Shown: piece after piece, positions 37,801-50,013 of the stretch | Numbering within the stretch: the stretch's first letter is position 1 | Layout of the letters: each line of letters starts with the position of its first letter | Source: Macrostomum lignano | Lineage: Eukaryota | Direction: 5' to 3' | Length of the DNA stretch: 64,000 nt | Assembly: GCA_002269645.1 (NCBI GenBank) | Contig: NIVC01000776.1 | Location: forward strand, 62,001-126,000 | Made by a program: the position numbers and the translations under genes | The notes under the pieces: generated by a model | Databases searched by the model: none | What the model was told of the DNA's origin: nothing | Seen by the model: only the letters and a program-made list of their open reading frames with translations

Positions 37801-40800
37801 GCATCCTCAAAATGAAATGGCGCATCCTCAAAATGAAATGGCGCATCCTCAAAATGAAATGGCGCATCCTCAAAATGAAATGGCGCATCCTCAAAGTGAA
37901 ATGGCGCATCCTCAAAATGAAATGGCGCATCCTCAAAATGAAATGGCGCATCCTCAAAGTGAAATGGCGCATCCTCAAAATGAAATGGCGCATCCTAAAA
38001 ATGAAATGGCGCATCCTCAAAATGAAATGGCGCATCCTCAAAATGAAATGGCGCATCCTCAAAATGAAATGGCGCATCCTCAAAGTGAAATGGCGCATCC
38101 TCAAAATGAAATGGCGCATCCTCAAAGTGAAATGGCGCCCCCTCAAAATGAAATGGCGCCCCCTCAAAATGAAATGGCGCATCCTCAAAATGAAATGGCG
38201 CATCCTCAAAATGAAATGGCGCATCCTCAAAATGAAATGGCGCATCCTCAAAATGAAATGGCGCATCCTCAAAGTGAAATGGCGCCCCCTCAAAATGAAA
38301 TGGCGCATCCTCAAAATGATATGGCGCATCCTCAAAATGAAATGGCGCCCCTCAAATAAAAACGAGCTTTGGACTAGATGCGCCACAATGGCGGGAGCTG
38401 TCAACTGCGCGCAGTCTCCTAAATTTGAGTTGCCGCCTCGAACCCGCAGGCAAGAGCGCGGAGGCCGGCACGCCGGTGATCACGGTGCAGGGCTCCGGCC
38501 GGGCAGCCAACGAGCTCGCCTTCTTCCGCAACATCCGCAATCTCCACTCGCGGGCCGACGATGAGTTTGTGCTGAAGAAAATCAAGGATATGCTGAACCG
38601 CTACCAGCCAACGTGGAAGTGCAACGAACTTGAAGCGGAGGAAATCACTCGCGTGAGCTGACCTGACTGTGCGGGTGTTGAGGGGTTAATTTATCATCTG
38701 ATCAGGCAGTGGCTTGACTGTGCGAGTCTCAACGAATCCTCACACAGGTTCTGATGCAGTTCTCCAAGGAAGACCCGAAATCAAAGTTTGACTGCCACAT
38801 GCTGTCAGTGTACAATACTGAGCTGGATGAGGACATGGCCAAGACCATTCTGTACACGTTTTTCAAGCACAAGGACTACAAAGACAGCACCATGACTCAG
38901 GTGAGAACTGGCCAGATTTAAAAAGGAACCTGCAGTGAGCCCATTTAAACTACTGACGTACACTAAATTTGGTACACTAAATTGGGGTTGTGGACTATCT
39001 GATAAGTGCAGACAGAAAGGCACGGGTGATGTACAAGGAGAGAGAGAGAGTTAAGGATGAAGAGCCAATCAGAAGGCCGCAGAGGAATAGAGAGATAAGA
39101 AGAACCGAAATTTCACAATGCTGAAAAGCTTAGCCCTATCCCTCGCCCTACCTCAACCAAGGATCACTGTAGTATAACAGGACATAAAACTCAAAGATAG
39201 TGTAATTTTTAAGCCCGTTTCCTAGAAAAAAATACACTGTGGAGATAGAAAAACAGTTTTTTCATCACGAAACCAGTGATTGCATTTGATCTGGGGCAGT
39301 GAAGATTGGCATTCCTTTAATTTAGCATGCACAACAGGTTACTCTGTTTTTCTGCAGTTGTGCAGTGAAAGTTTCATTTTCATAATGTTTTCTTTTTATT
39401 TCATAAGCCCAAGCCAAAATTGTAAAACTCAGAAGTAAAAATTTTGTTTTTTTTCCTTCTTGAATCAAGTAGGTAAGTAATCAAGTAATTAAATGTAGAC
39501 AATGTTTACCAACATTACTTTTCATATAGCATTTTGCAGCCCATTTGGGCTTACGCGCATTTAATTTAATCCAAGATACGTTTGCCAGTGTAACAGAGCT
39601 GTTGTCTATGGTAGCAAGGCTGGCGCAGCGGCATTTAATTTGGTCCAACAAGCATCCATTTGGTCCAAACACTCGTGAGCCATTGGACAAACTCTTGCCT
39701 TCTCTCAACCGTCTGCGGGTTGTTGCGCACCGCTGGAATGTCAGCGTCTCTACCAAAAATTTTCAGTTGCTTTTCCAGAGCTCTGCTGATAGTCGAAATC
39801 TGATAACCAACTGGAGCTGTTCCCTCAACTTCTGCTGCATTTTCTGAAACGTCAACAAAGGGTTCGTCTCCACTTCATCGAGTAGCAGTTGGACCTGAGG
39901 CTCTCGAGCAACTTTCCTTGGCTTTTGCCACCCTTTCGCAGGCAATCTCTGCCGGCAGAGTTTCAAGGCGCTGCTGGATGCTGTAAACCACCTTTTCTTT
40001 TACATTCAGCAACCTTGCAATGTCCTTTGGGTGTTCACCTCCGTCGAGTGCTTCGATCACAAGCCAATGACATTTGTTCAACAGCCTAGCATATGGTCCA
40101 CAATTCTGGGACTGAGCTGCAAATGAACTAAATGGACCAAATTGATGCTTGTTGGACCAAATTAAATGCCGCTGTGCCAGCCTTGCTACCATAGACAAAA
40201 GCTCCATTACTTTGACAAACATATCTTGGATTAAATTCAATGCGCGTAAGCCCAAATGGGCTGCAGAAAGCTATATTGTTGTTGACCTGGTCTTTAGAAA
40301 GCTGTCAGTTTTTAAGCCAAGGCCTTGCTTAAGGCTACGAGTACCTGCGTGCAACAAAATTTTATTATAAACCTACTCGATTCAGTTAAATCCTGAGAAA
40401 TTCTGTGTTTTTTAAAACTGATGCGAATCGGCCCCTTCCTCTGATTAATTAAGCCCTTGGAGTCCAGGGTGAGGGATCTAGCCTGGGTGTCTCGGCATTT
40501 CGGCACATGTTGTTTTCTTGTGTTCAGCTTAATGAAATTCAAATTCGCGCCGAAAGGGACTTTGTTAAACAACCGCAAGGCTACAGAGTAGATAAGTTCT
40601 TTCGGTATGTTAAATAATGTTCAACAATGTCCCTCTTGGCACAAAAGTGAATCGGATTCAATTCAACTAACAAAACTCTGGACATGCGCCTGCTGCATGG
40701 TCCGGCAAGCCGACTAAGATTGCAGTCGGCTCGTTCCGGTGTTGAAACACGCACACGTGACCCACGCCCTAGCAGTCCCTGAACCCCGAACCGAACTGCA

Positions 40801-43800
40801 GGTTCGGCTCTGCATGGCCTGGCAGCGGGCGGACATCGCCGCAGCTGAAATTTTCGCCGAGGCTCGCAAGTCCAAGTGGACTGGCATGAATCTGCAGCGC
40901 GCGATGAAGGAGGCGCTCAACAAGCAGCAGGTGGATTTTGTGAAGTTATTTCTCGAGCACGGCATCGACCTGTCAAAGTTTTTGTCTCTGGAGACTCTGT
41001 CGGACCTGTACGCCAAGGTGGGCCAAGAATTATGGCTGAGTTTTATGAGCTTTGACTTTGTAGCTGACTGAGGGTGAGGCAGGGATGTTGCTTGCTCAGT
41101 AGTCCAGTGTGTTACAGCCAGTGTGTTACAGCCAGTGTGTTACAGCCAGATTGTTACAGCCAGTGTGTTACAGCCAGTATGTTACAGCCAGTTTGTTACA
41201 GCCAGATTGTTACAGCCAGATTGTTACAGCCAGTGTGTTACAGCCAGTATGTTACAGCCAGTGTGTTACAGCCAGTATGTTACAGCCAGTTTGTTACAGC
41301 CAGATTGTTACAGCCAGTTTGTTACAGCCAGTGTGTTACAGCCAGTTTGTTACAGCCAGTGTGTTACAGCCAGTTTGTTACAGCCAGATTGTTACAGCCA
41401 GTGTGTTACAGCCAGTTTGTTACAGCCAGTGTGTTACAGCTAGTATGTTACAGCCAGTGTGTTACAGCCAGTGTGTTACAGCCAGTTTATTACAGCCAGT
41501 TTGTTACAGCCAGATTGTTACAGCCAGTGTGTTACAGCCAGATTGTTACAGCCAGTGTGTTACAGCCAGTGTGTTACAGCCAGTCTGTTACAGCCAGATT
41601 GTTACAGCCAGTGTGTTACAGCCAGTTTGTTACAGCCAGATTGTTACAGCCAGATTGTTACAGCCAGTGTGTTACAGCCAGTGTGTTACAGCCAGTCTGT
41701 TACAGCTAGTTTTATGGCTAGCTTCTTGCCGTGAAGTACAGAGGACTATACATGTATTTACTTGCATTGCAGATGTTTCGCTCCGGTAGCCAGCAGGCTG
41801 ACAGGCTGTTGCACAAACTCGACAAACTTCCCGTAAGCTTGCAGCAACGAAGCTCTTGTTGGTTGTGTCTAATCTAGAAAAATTATAAAGTACAAAAATT
41901 CTCGTGAAATATAGGGAAAAAATATAAATCTTTCTTTTTCCAGTGCTGCTCCTTTCGCAGCGTGTCGTCACAGCAGGTGTGGGACGCTTCGAACAACTTC
42001 AACAAGGAGACCGACCCACAGCTCATCATGCAGGCCGTCAACTGGCTCATTAAGGTGTACACAGAGCATGCGGTGGACAACTTGTATACTCCAGGTGAGT
42101 GTCTTCAGTCTGTAGACACTTCAGGTGCATTCAGCATGGCAGATAGGCGCTCTCTCTCACACCAACCCCAATACTGAGGGGGCCGTAGCCCAGCAACCCG
42201 GGCTCGATTCCAAGTGCAGTCACATTAATTTGGGGCTGAATTGGAATCTCGGCTTAGCTCTGCTCGTGCAATTAACGGCCTTGAGAGCCAACCCCCCAAG
42301 GCGCAGTGAAGTGTACATGCCTAACGATAAAATAAAGTTAGGGCCGCTGTACACTCCTGTGTGAGTGTGTGCCTGCGTACGTATCCGCGCGCTTGTATGC
42401 CTGCTCAGGAAAGTCGGCGGAATGGGCAACAATGCCTCTCGCCGGTTGTGTGCCTATGTCGCTTAAAGTGCGCCAGGGTGCACACAACCCCCTGCCTCAA
42501 ATTAAAAACACCCCCAATCTGTAATCCTCTCAGAGAACCTGCAAGAAAATCCGATGAAAGGCGCCTCCCCGCTCGCGCGGCCGCTGCTGCGCGAAACGAT
42601 CTTCCCGCCCTACACCAAGAACGGCAAGCGCCGCTTCACCTCGCAGGACCTGTTCCTCTGGTCGCTGCTGACTCACAACGTGGAGCTGGCCGTCCTGTTT
42701 TGGAAGCACGGCAAGGACCAGATCGGCTCGGCTCTGATTGGCTACTCCATTCTCAACAACATGGCCATGGATGCAGCGAAGCGCGGCGAGATGGAGACCA
42801 CAGATCAGCTGACCCGCGATGCCCACCGGTTTGAGCAGCTGGCTGTGGGCGTGCTGGAAGAGTGCAGCAAAAACCGGGCTGTCTGCAGACTGCTGCTCAT
42901 TCGCAGCCTGCCTTACTGGAACCAGCAGACTGTGATGGCTATCGCTGAGGCAAACCAGTGCATGGACATGCTGTACCAGACACCTGTGCAGACTGTGCTC
43001 ACACAGACCTGGATGGGCGGTAAGTTGGCAGTAAGCTGATTATGTCTGCGTTGAGGATGTGTCCAAGTTGAGAGTGTCACCGAGCCGACTGACTCAAATT
43101 TCTTTAATCCCGCAGGCATGGAGGCCGACACCAGCAACTGGCGCATCATCCTCTGCCTCTTCCTGCCCTTCCTCGTTCCGGTGCTCGTCTTTCACCAGCA
43201 CGCAGCCGACCAGATCAAAGACGAGCCGGAGATTTCCACCGGTGACCAGCCGGAGACGCAGCGGCAAGTGAAATCTGTGATGAAGGAAGTGGAGGCTGTG
43301 GACATGCGCGGCTTTCATGCGCGTGAAGCGATGGAGGATCTGCAGGTAATTAACAGTAGGAATACCAAGCCATTTTTCCGCCCATCGAACTACCAAGAGA
43401 GGGGGAAAATCCCCTCCCCCCTGACAATTTTTTGCTACGCCGGAACGGCGCAACGCAGGCACACGAAATTCAAGAACACGGGCTGACTTTTTGTTGCGCA
43501 CCTTCTCAAACAACAATCAAGTCGCCAGCCCTCCGGACCGTCGATATATTCCACGATTCTGCCAGAAGGTCGGATTTTTCCCACAAGCGTAAGTGCATTC
43601 AGTACACCCCTGTGCACCAATCAGCACTGCGCCTCAATGCAGTTTTTCAAGTCTCCAAATTTCATCAGCACATCGATCACGTGTGTCTGCATCAGCTCTG
43701 ACTTCGTTGGTCACTAGCCTTCACCCAGGCGGAGCTTCTGGACCTTCAACAGGTGGCACCAAGTGACTATGGACACGCTGTTGCAAATTTCTCTAGTTTC

Positions 43801-46800
43801 GCTAATCAAGCCTTGACAATGGGCAAAACTCAACTGCTAGGTATCCTCAGCTATTCTCTCAAGCATTCCGTCATCACCCGGACGCCCTCGGAACCTTCAA
43901 CGGATTACACCAGGTGACTATGGACACTCTGATGCAAATATGCCAGATTTTTCTTATCAAGCTTCAATAGTGGGCAAAACTTAACTGCCGGACATCCTCA
44001 GCTAGTCTCTCGAGCCTTCAGTCATCACCCCGACACTCTCGGCACCTTCAACAGGTGGCATCAGATGACTATGGACATCCTTTTGCAACTATGTCAGGTT
44101 TTTCTTATCAAGCTTCAATAATGGGCAATCTGTAACTCCTGGTTATTCTCAGCTAGAGTCCCAAACAGTCTATAATCACCCGACGTAATTATGTAAACAT
44201 GATGAATTAGTTTGTTAATTATAATTAAACTAAAGTGAACCGAATATTCACGAAAAGAAAAAAGCACTAAAAAGTACTAAATTTTCAGAGTGAAATGAAG
44301 ATCAAGTCACAATATACTAAATATCCAAGTCTTCTGTCTTAAAAGTTACTAATTTGTTTAAAAATTGAAAAAATCATACTTCTGGGTGTCCATGGTCATG
44401 GTTTCGTCTCCTTGAAGGTGCCGATGACGGCTGAATGACGACAGAATGCTTGAGAAACTAGTTGAGGATACCTAGCAGTTGAGGTTTGCCCATTATTGAA
44501 GCTTGATAAGAAAAATCGGGCATATTTGCATCAGAGTGTCCATAGTCACCTGGTGTAATCCGTTGAAGGTTCCGACGGCATCCGGGTGATGATGGAATGC
44601 TTGACAGACTAGCTGAGAATGTCCCACGGTTGAGGCTTGCCCATTATCAAGGCTTGATCAGCGAAACTCGAGAAATTCTTATCAGGCTGCTCATAGTCAC
44701 CTAGTGTAATCTGTTGAAGGTGCCGACGGCGTCCGGGTGATGACGGAATGCTCGAGAGACTAGCTGAGGATACCTAGCAGTTGAGGCTTGCCCATTGTCA
44801 AGGCTTGATCAGCGAAACAAGAGAAATTCGTATCAAAGTGTTCATAGTCACCTAGAGCCACCTGTTGAAGGTCTAGAACCTCCGTCTCGGTGAAGGCAAG
44901 CACCAACGAAGGCAGAGCTGATGCAGACACATGTGGTCGACGTGCTGATGAAATTTGGAGACTTGGCAAGGCCGCACTGATGCGCAGTGCTGATCGGCGC
45001 ACAGGGGTGTACTGAATACACTGGCGCTTATGGGAAAAATCCGACCTTCTGGCGACCTTCTGTCGAATATCTCGACGGTCCGTAGGGCTGGCGACTTGAT
45101 TGTTGTTTGAGAAGGTGCGCAACAAAAAGTTGGCTCGTGTTTTTGAATTTCGTGTGCCTGCGTTGCTCCGTTCCGGCGCAGCAAAAAAAATTGTCAGGGG
45201 GGGGCGGGAATTTTTCCCCCTCTTGGTAGTTCGACTGTTTTAACTAGCGAATAGCTAGAAAATGTCTTGACAAAGTGCAACTGCTTCGTGCCATCAGATC
45301 AGAACTACAGGAAGGCTTAACTCTAGTTTTAGCTCTTACCTCATCTCTCTATCCCAGGTTGAGGAAGTAATCTCGGACTTCAACAAGCAGAACAGGCGGG
45401 AGATGCGACTCAGAAAGATGCGCCACCAGCGCCACGGCTTCCGCAGGATGGCGTTTTGCACCTCACTGGGGTTGTTCTACAGCGCACCGATCTGCAAGTT
45501 CATCCTCAACGTGATCAGCACCGTCTCCTTCCTGATCTTCTACTCCTACATCGTGCTGGTGCAGCTGCACCCCATTCAGCGGAGTTGCAAAATAAACTCG
45601 ACCTACTCGATTAGCCCGCCGAGCGACGTGGAGCCCTTCATCAGCTTCCCGCAGCCGCACGGCATCGAAATCTACATGTTCCTGTGGGCGTTCACCTACG
45701 TGCTCGAGGAGTTCCGCCAGTTCTTCTCCAAGCAGCAGCCGCTTGTGAAGAAGGTTGGCGAGCTGTCCTACTGGGACAAGTTCGACATGGTGATCTCCGC
45801 GCTGTTCGTGCTGTGCCTCGTGCTGCGCCTCACCGTGGCTTGTCAGAACTTCGACTGGGTGCGCAATGCGTACGCGCTGACCCTGGCGCTGTGCTTCATC
45901 CGGTTCATGCAGTTCTACTACCCGAGCCAGACTCTGGGGCCCAAGGTGGTCATGATCATCAACATGGTGAGTCACTTTATGAGGGGAATGTAAATTGTGC
46001 AGCTCAGGCTGAGCCTGATCAGTAACATTGACTTGCACCCAAATGGCAATGCATCAAATCTTCAGTTGAACGACGTGATCTTCTTCGTGCTCATTCTGCT
46101 CGTCTTCATGCTGGCCTACGGAGTCGCCTACTTCTCGCTGATGACGGACAACAACTACAACTATGTGAACAAAAAGTTCGACTTTCACGACATCATGCGC
46201 GGCGTGCTGTACATACCTTACTGGCAGATGTACGGCGAGCTCGAACTGGAGAGCGTTGACCAGGGTAAGTTGCGGGCCTCTGTCTTGAAGTGTCTCTTAT
46301 TGAGGCTCATACAGGGTGTTCATGCGCTCAGCCTCACACTGCACACAGTCTGATTCACACTGATTTGTGGAACTCGAACTCGCGACGACTTCGACATTAG
46401 AGACAGACTCAGCCCAAGAAATTTCCCAAATATAGATTATGAAATTTAGACAGGCTGAGCATTGAGTGTAAAATTAATGATGAAACTTTGCTTTTTCGTT
46501 TATTAATACTGACTTACTAGGGCAAGCTGCAGACCAAGGCTTTACATCTCAGGTCATTTGGAAATTATCACCGATTTATTTGACTCCGCTGCAGGCATGG
46601 CTGTGGGCGGCTCCCGCAACTGGCTGGTCATTGTGCTCATGGCCTTCTACATGCTGGGCACCAACGTGCTTCTCCTCAACCTGCTCATCGCCATGTTCGG
46701 GTGAGCAGCTGGCTGTGGCGCTGCGTTGATGCTGCGAACTCGATTTTATTGCCAATTTATTCAACAGTCAAACCTCATCCCCCATTCACCAACTCTTCCC

Positions 46801-49800
46801 CTCAGTCACAATCTTTTTCCCTACCCCCATTCACCAACTCTTTCCCTCATTCACAATCTTTTTCCCTACCCCCATTCACCAACTCTTCCCCTCATTCACA
46901 ATCTTTTTCCCTACCCCCATTCACCAACTCTTCCCCTTATTCACAATCTTTTTCCCTATCCCCATTCACCAACTCTTCCCCTCATTCACAATCTTTTTCC
47001 CTGCCCCCATTCACCAACTCTTCCCCTCATTCACAATCTTTTTCCCTACCCTCTTCACCAACTCTTTCCCTATCGCCATTCACAATATTTTTCCCTATCA
47101 CCATTCACCAACTATTCCCCTATCCCCATTCACCAACTCTTCCCCTATCCCCATTCACCAACTCTTTCCCTATCCCCATTCACCAACTCTTTCCCTATCC
47201 CCATTCACCAACTCTTTCCCTATCCCCATTCACCAACTCTTCCCCTATCCCCATTCACCAACTCTTTTCCTATCCTTATTCACCAACTCTTTCCCTCATT
47301 CACAAATTATTTGAGACCCTCTGAATCTATCAATTGGAAAGTTCAGTATGGACCCTCAGACCTTCAGAATTCGGATTTCTGTCAGCGTGTTTAACAATAT
47401 TCAGCTAAACAACTCAGCTCATCCCGCCTTCAGCCACACCTTCGAGAAGGTGCAGTCCGAGTCCAACAAGTACTACGCGTACATCCGGCACGAGCTGATC
47501 TACGAGTACTACACCCGGCCGGTGCTGCCGCCTCCTTTTGTCTTCATTTCGCACATAATTCGCCTGGTCGGCTTCCTGCGGCGCCGCTGCTGCGCCAGAG
47601 GCTGCAGGAGCAAGCGAGCTAAGCCGAAATACGATGACTTCAGTGAGTGCTGGACTCTTCGGGGAGACTCTGGATGAGTCTGCATAGAACCACTGGATAG
47701 TGACACTGGATAGTGACACTGGATAGAGATGCTGGATAGTAACTATGGATATAGACACTGGATAGTAACTATGGATATAGACACTGAATAGTAACTATGG
47801 ATAGTGACACTGGATATTAACTATGGATATAGACACTGGATAGTAACTATGGATAGTGACACTGGATAGTAACACTGGATAGTGACACTGGATAGTGACA
47901 CTGGATAGTAACTATGGATAGTGACACTGGATAGTAACTATGGATAGTGACACTGGATAGAGACACTGGATAGTGACTATGGAGATAGACACTGGATAGA
48001 GACACTGGATAGTGACACTGGATAGAGACACTGGATAGTGACACTGGATAGAGACACTGGATAGTGACACTGGATAGAGACACTGGATAGTGACACTGGA
48101 TAGAGACACTGGATAGTGACACTGGATAGTAACTATGGATATAGACATTTGATTGATAGAGACACTGGATAGTAACTACGGATATAGACACTGGATAGTG
48201 ACACTGGATAGAGACACTGGATAGTAACTATGGATAGTGACACTGGATAGTAACTATGGATAGAGACACTTGATAGTGACACTGGATAGTAACACTGGAT
48301 ATAGACACTGCTGGATAGTGATTTTGGATGAAGACCCTAGATACGGACCCTAGATACAGAATCCATCGTACTCTGAACTATTGGGGATCCACATGAGCTC
48401 GTGAAGTTGATACGGTTACCCAAGTGGGACAAGCCTTCCTCTTCTCACTCAATCCGCCCGCTTCTCCCTGCAGCCATGGAGCTGGACCAGAATCAGCATC
48501 AGCGACTCTCAGCCATCGAGCAGCGCGCCACTGACCGCTACCTGCGCCGCTATCCGGAGAGCGACGACCACTCCACGCCGGTGTCCGCTTTGGCCAACGA
48601 CTCGGCTGGCATCAGGGACAATGGAGACAAGGAGCAGGACGGCGCTGCAGTGAGCGAGAAGCTGCAAGAGCTGGAGTGAGTCTTTCGTCATGGGGGTCAC
48701 CCCGTTTTTTGATCCTTGCAATCCTCATCATTTCTCATCCTCATCAGCAGAGTCAGCAGCCGCCCCATTAGCCAGGCAGAGTCAGCAGCAGCAGCCCCAT
48801 TAGCCAGGCAGAGTCAGCAGCAGCAGCCCCATTAGCCAGTCAGAGTCAGCAGCAGCAGCCCCATTAGCCAGTCAGAGACAGCAGCAGCAGCCCCATTAGC
48901 CAGTCAGAGACAGCAGCAGCAGCCCCATTAGCCAGTCAGAGTCAGCAGCAGCAGCCCCATTAGCCAGTCAGAGTCAGCAGCAGCCCCATTAGCCAGTCAG
49001 AGACAGCAGCAGCAGCCCCATTAGCCAGTCAGAGACAGCAGCAGCAGCCCCATTAGCCAGTCAGAGACAGCAGCAGCAGCCCCATTAGCCAGTCAGAGTC
49101 AGCAGCAGCAGCCCCATTAGCCAGTCAGAGTCAGCAGCAGCAGCCCCATTAGCCAGTCAGAGTCAGCAGCAGCAGCCCCATTAGCCAGTCAGAGACAGCA
49201 GCAGCAGCCCCATTAGCCAGTCAGAGTCAGCAGCAGCAGCCCCATTAGCCAGTCAGAGTCAGCAGCAGCAGCCCCATTAGCCAGTCAGAGTCAGCAGCAG
49301 CAGCCCCATTAGCCAGTCAGAGTCAGCAGCAGCAGCCCCATTAGCCAGTCAGAGTCAGCAGCAGCAGCCCCATTAGCCAGTCAGAGTCAGCAGCAGCAGC
49401 CCCATTAGCCAGTCAGAGTCAGCAGCAGCAGCCCCATTAGCCAGTCAGAGTCAGCAGCAGCAGCCCCATTAGCCAGTCAGAGTCAGCAGCAGCAGCCCCA
49501 TTAGCCAGTCAGAGTCAGCAGCAGCAGCCCCATTAGCCAGTCAGAGTCAGCAGCAGCAGCCCCATTAGCCAGGCAGAGTCAGCAGCAGCAGCCCCATTAG
49601 CCAGTCAGAGTCAGCAGCAGCAGCCCCATTAGCCAGGCAGAGTCAGCAGCAGCCCCATTAGCCAGGCAGAGTCAGCAGCAGCAGCCCCATTAGCCAGTCA
49701 GAGTCAGCAGCAGCAGCCCCATTAGCCAGGCAGAGTCAGCAGCAGCCCCATTAGCCAGTCAGAGTCAGCAGCAGCAGCCCCATTAGCCAGTCAGAGTCAG

Positions 49801-50013
49801 CAGCAGCAGCCCCATTAGCCAGGCAGAGTCAGCAGCAGCCCCATTAGCCAGTCAGAGTCAGCAGCAGCAGCCCCATTAGCCAGGCAGAGTCAGCAGCAGC
49901 CGTCCTTGACTGATTTCAGGGAGAAGTTCACCAAGCTTCAGGAGCAAATGCGGGAGGTTACCGAAAGCAATGGCAAAATGCTGCAAATTCTACAACACCT
50001 GGGAGACAAGTGA
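28843..50013 (+). CDS. TRPM: TRPM (melastatin) cation channel, 19 exons, with one apparent frameshift in an A-run at about 33771
   Basis: Exons: 28843-28937, 29071-29446, 30143-30243, 31708-31897, 33621-33815, 34506-34672, 37479-37752, 38450-38652, 38748-38900, 40802-41017, 41944-42094, 42534-43019, 43116-43345, 45358-45966, 46066-46264, 46595-46700, 47434-47642, 48474-48675, 49920-50013. MHR motifs PTNAFG, LPDLVLSVNGGAK, WILTPG, EPNHTHFIFCDNG, VIEGG, GSGRAA, MAWQRADIA, DLFLWSLL; S2 EEFRQ; pore PYWQMYGEL; S6 NVLLLNLLIAMF; TRP-domain RPVLPPPF; C-terminal coiled coil. Confidence 0.93.
30043..30104. repeat. 12-bp repeat (CCCAGTTCACTC) x about 5
   Basis: Direct inspection; just upstream of the TRPM exon 3 acceptor. 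Confidence 0.85.
31990..33575. repeat. 23-bp GT-rich minisatellite (GTGGGTGTGCCTGTGGTGTCATT), about 70 copies
   Basis: Fills TRPM intron 4; source of many Cys/Val-rich spurious ORFs. Confidence 0.97.
33961..34519 (+). repeat. 51-bp perfect tandem repeat x11, each copy containing the TRPM exon-6 splice acceptor
   Basis: Unit CACGAATACATGAGTTCCCTTGCGCCCACGCACAG|CCACGTGGATCCTGTT; AG ends at 33995+51n (n=0..10); the last copy runs into the exon. Confidence 0.95.
34690..36209. repeat. 38-bp minisatellite (CACATTGCTAGGGATAGTAATTCAGAGAGTTTATGATC) changing to a 24-bp derivative (CAGGAGTTCAGAGAGTTTATGATC)
   Basis: Tandem units in TRPM intron 6. Confidence 0.97.
37766..38355. repeat. 21-bp minisatellite (AAAATGAAATGGCGCATCCTC), about 28 copies
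   Basis: Starts about 13 nt after the TRPM donor at 37753; explains the MKWRILK ORF. Confidence 0.97.
39527..40273 (-). mobile_element. Internally deleted Tc1/mariner-type element retaining the N-terminal DNA-binding region
   Basis: About 140-bp inverted repeats (39527-39668 / 40133-40273) flanked by TA. Minus-strand remnants IEALDGGEHPKDIARLLNVKEKVVYSIQQR and LLDEVETNPLLTFQKMQQKL resemble the two Tc1 HTH motifs; frameshifted; no DDE domain. Confidence 0.75.
41105..41707. repeat. 14-bp minisatellite (GTTACAGCCAGTGT), about 43 copies
   Basis: TRPM intron 10. Confidence 0.97.
43385..45234. mobile_element. Foldback-type element: about 800-bp inverted arms containing about 150-bp subrepeats and an AT-rich spacer of about 200 bp
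   Basis: Left end TCGAACTACCAAGAGAGGGGGAAAA, right end TTTTCCCCCTCTTGGTAGTTCGA. Arms are reverse-complementary; subrepeat ACCTTCAAC...GTGACTATGGACAC occurs x3 left and x4 right; no transposase; TSD not resolved. Confidence 0.85.
46775..47310. repeat. 45-bp/25-bp pyrimidine-rich minisatellite (CCCCATTCACCAACTCTT...)
   Basis: TRPM intron 16. Confidence 0.9.
47690..48310. repeat. 13-bp minisatellite (CTGGATAGTGACA and variants)
   Basis: TRPM intron 17. Confidence 0.93.
48745..49900. repeat. 32-bp (29-bp variant) minisatellite CAGAGTCAGCAGCAGCAGCCCCATTAGCCAGT, about 36 copies
   Basis: TRPM intron 18, ending about 20 nt before the acceptor. Confidence 0.97.

Noticed and set aside
37596-38564. 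Long ORF with MKWRILK repeats, and similar repeat ORFs at 1-357, 3294-4330, 32014-33576, 35720-36326, 41074-41789, 54639-55442, 56878-58491, 61059-61669
   Set aside because: These are stop-free translations of intronic minisatellites; the real exons inside them are bounded by canonical splice sites.
46520-46551. Candidate 32-nt micro-exon that might supply the missing TRPM pore-loop residues
   Set aside because: Its length and phase do not fit the phase-1/phase-1 junction and it would shift the frame.
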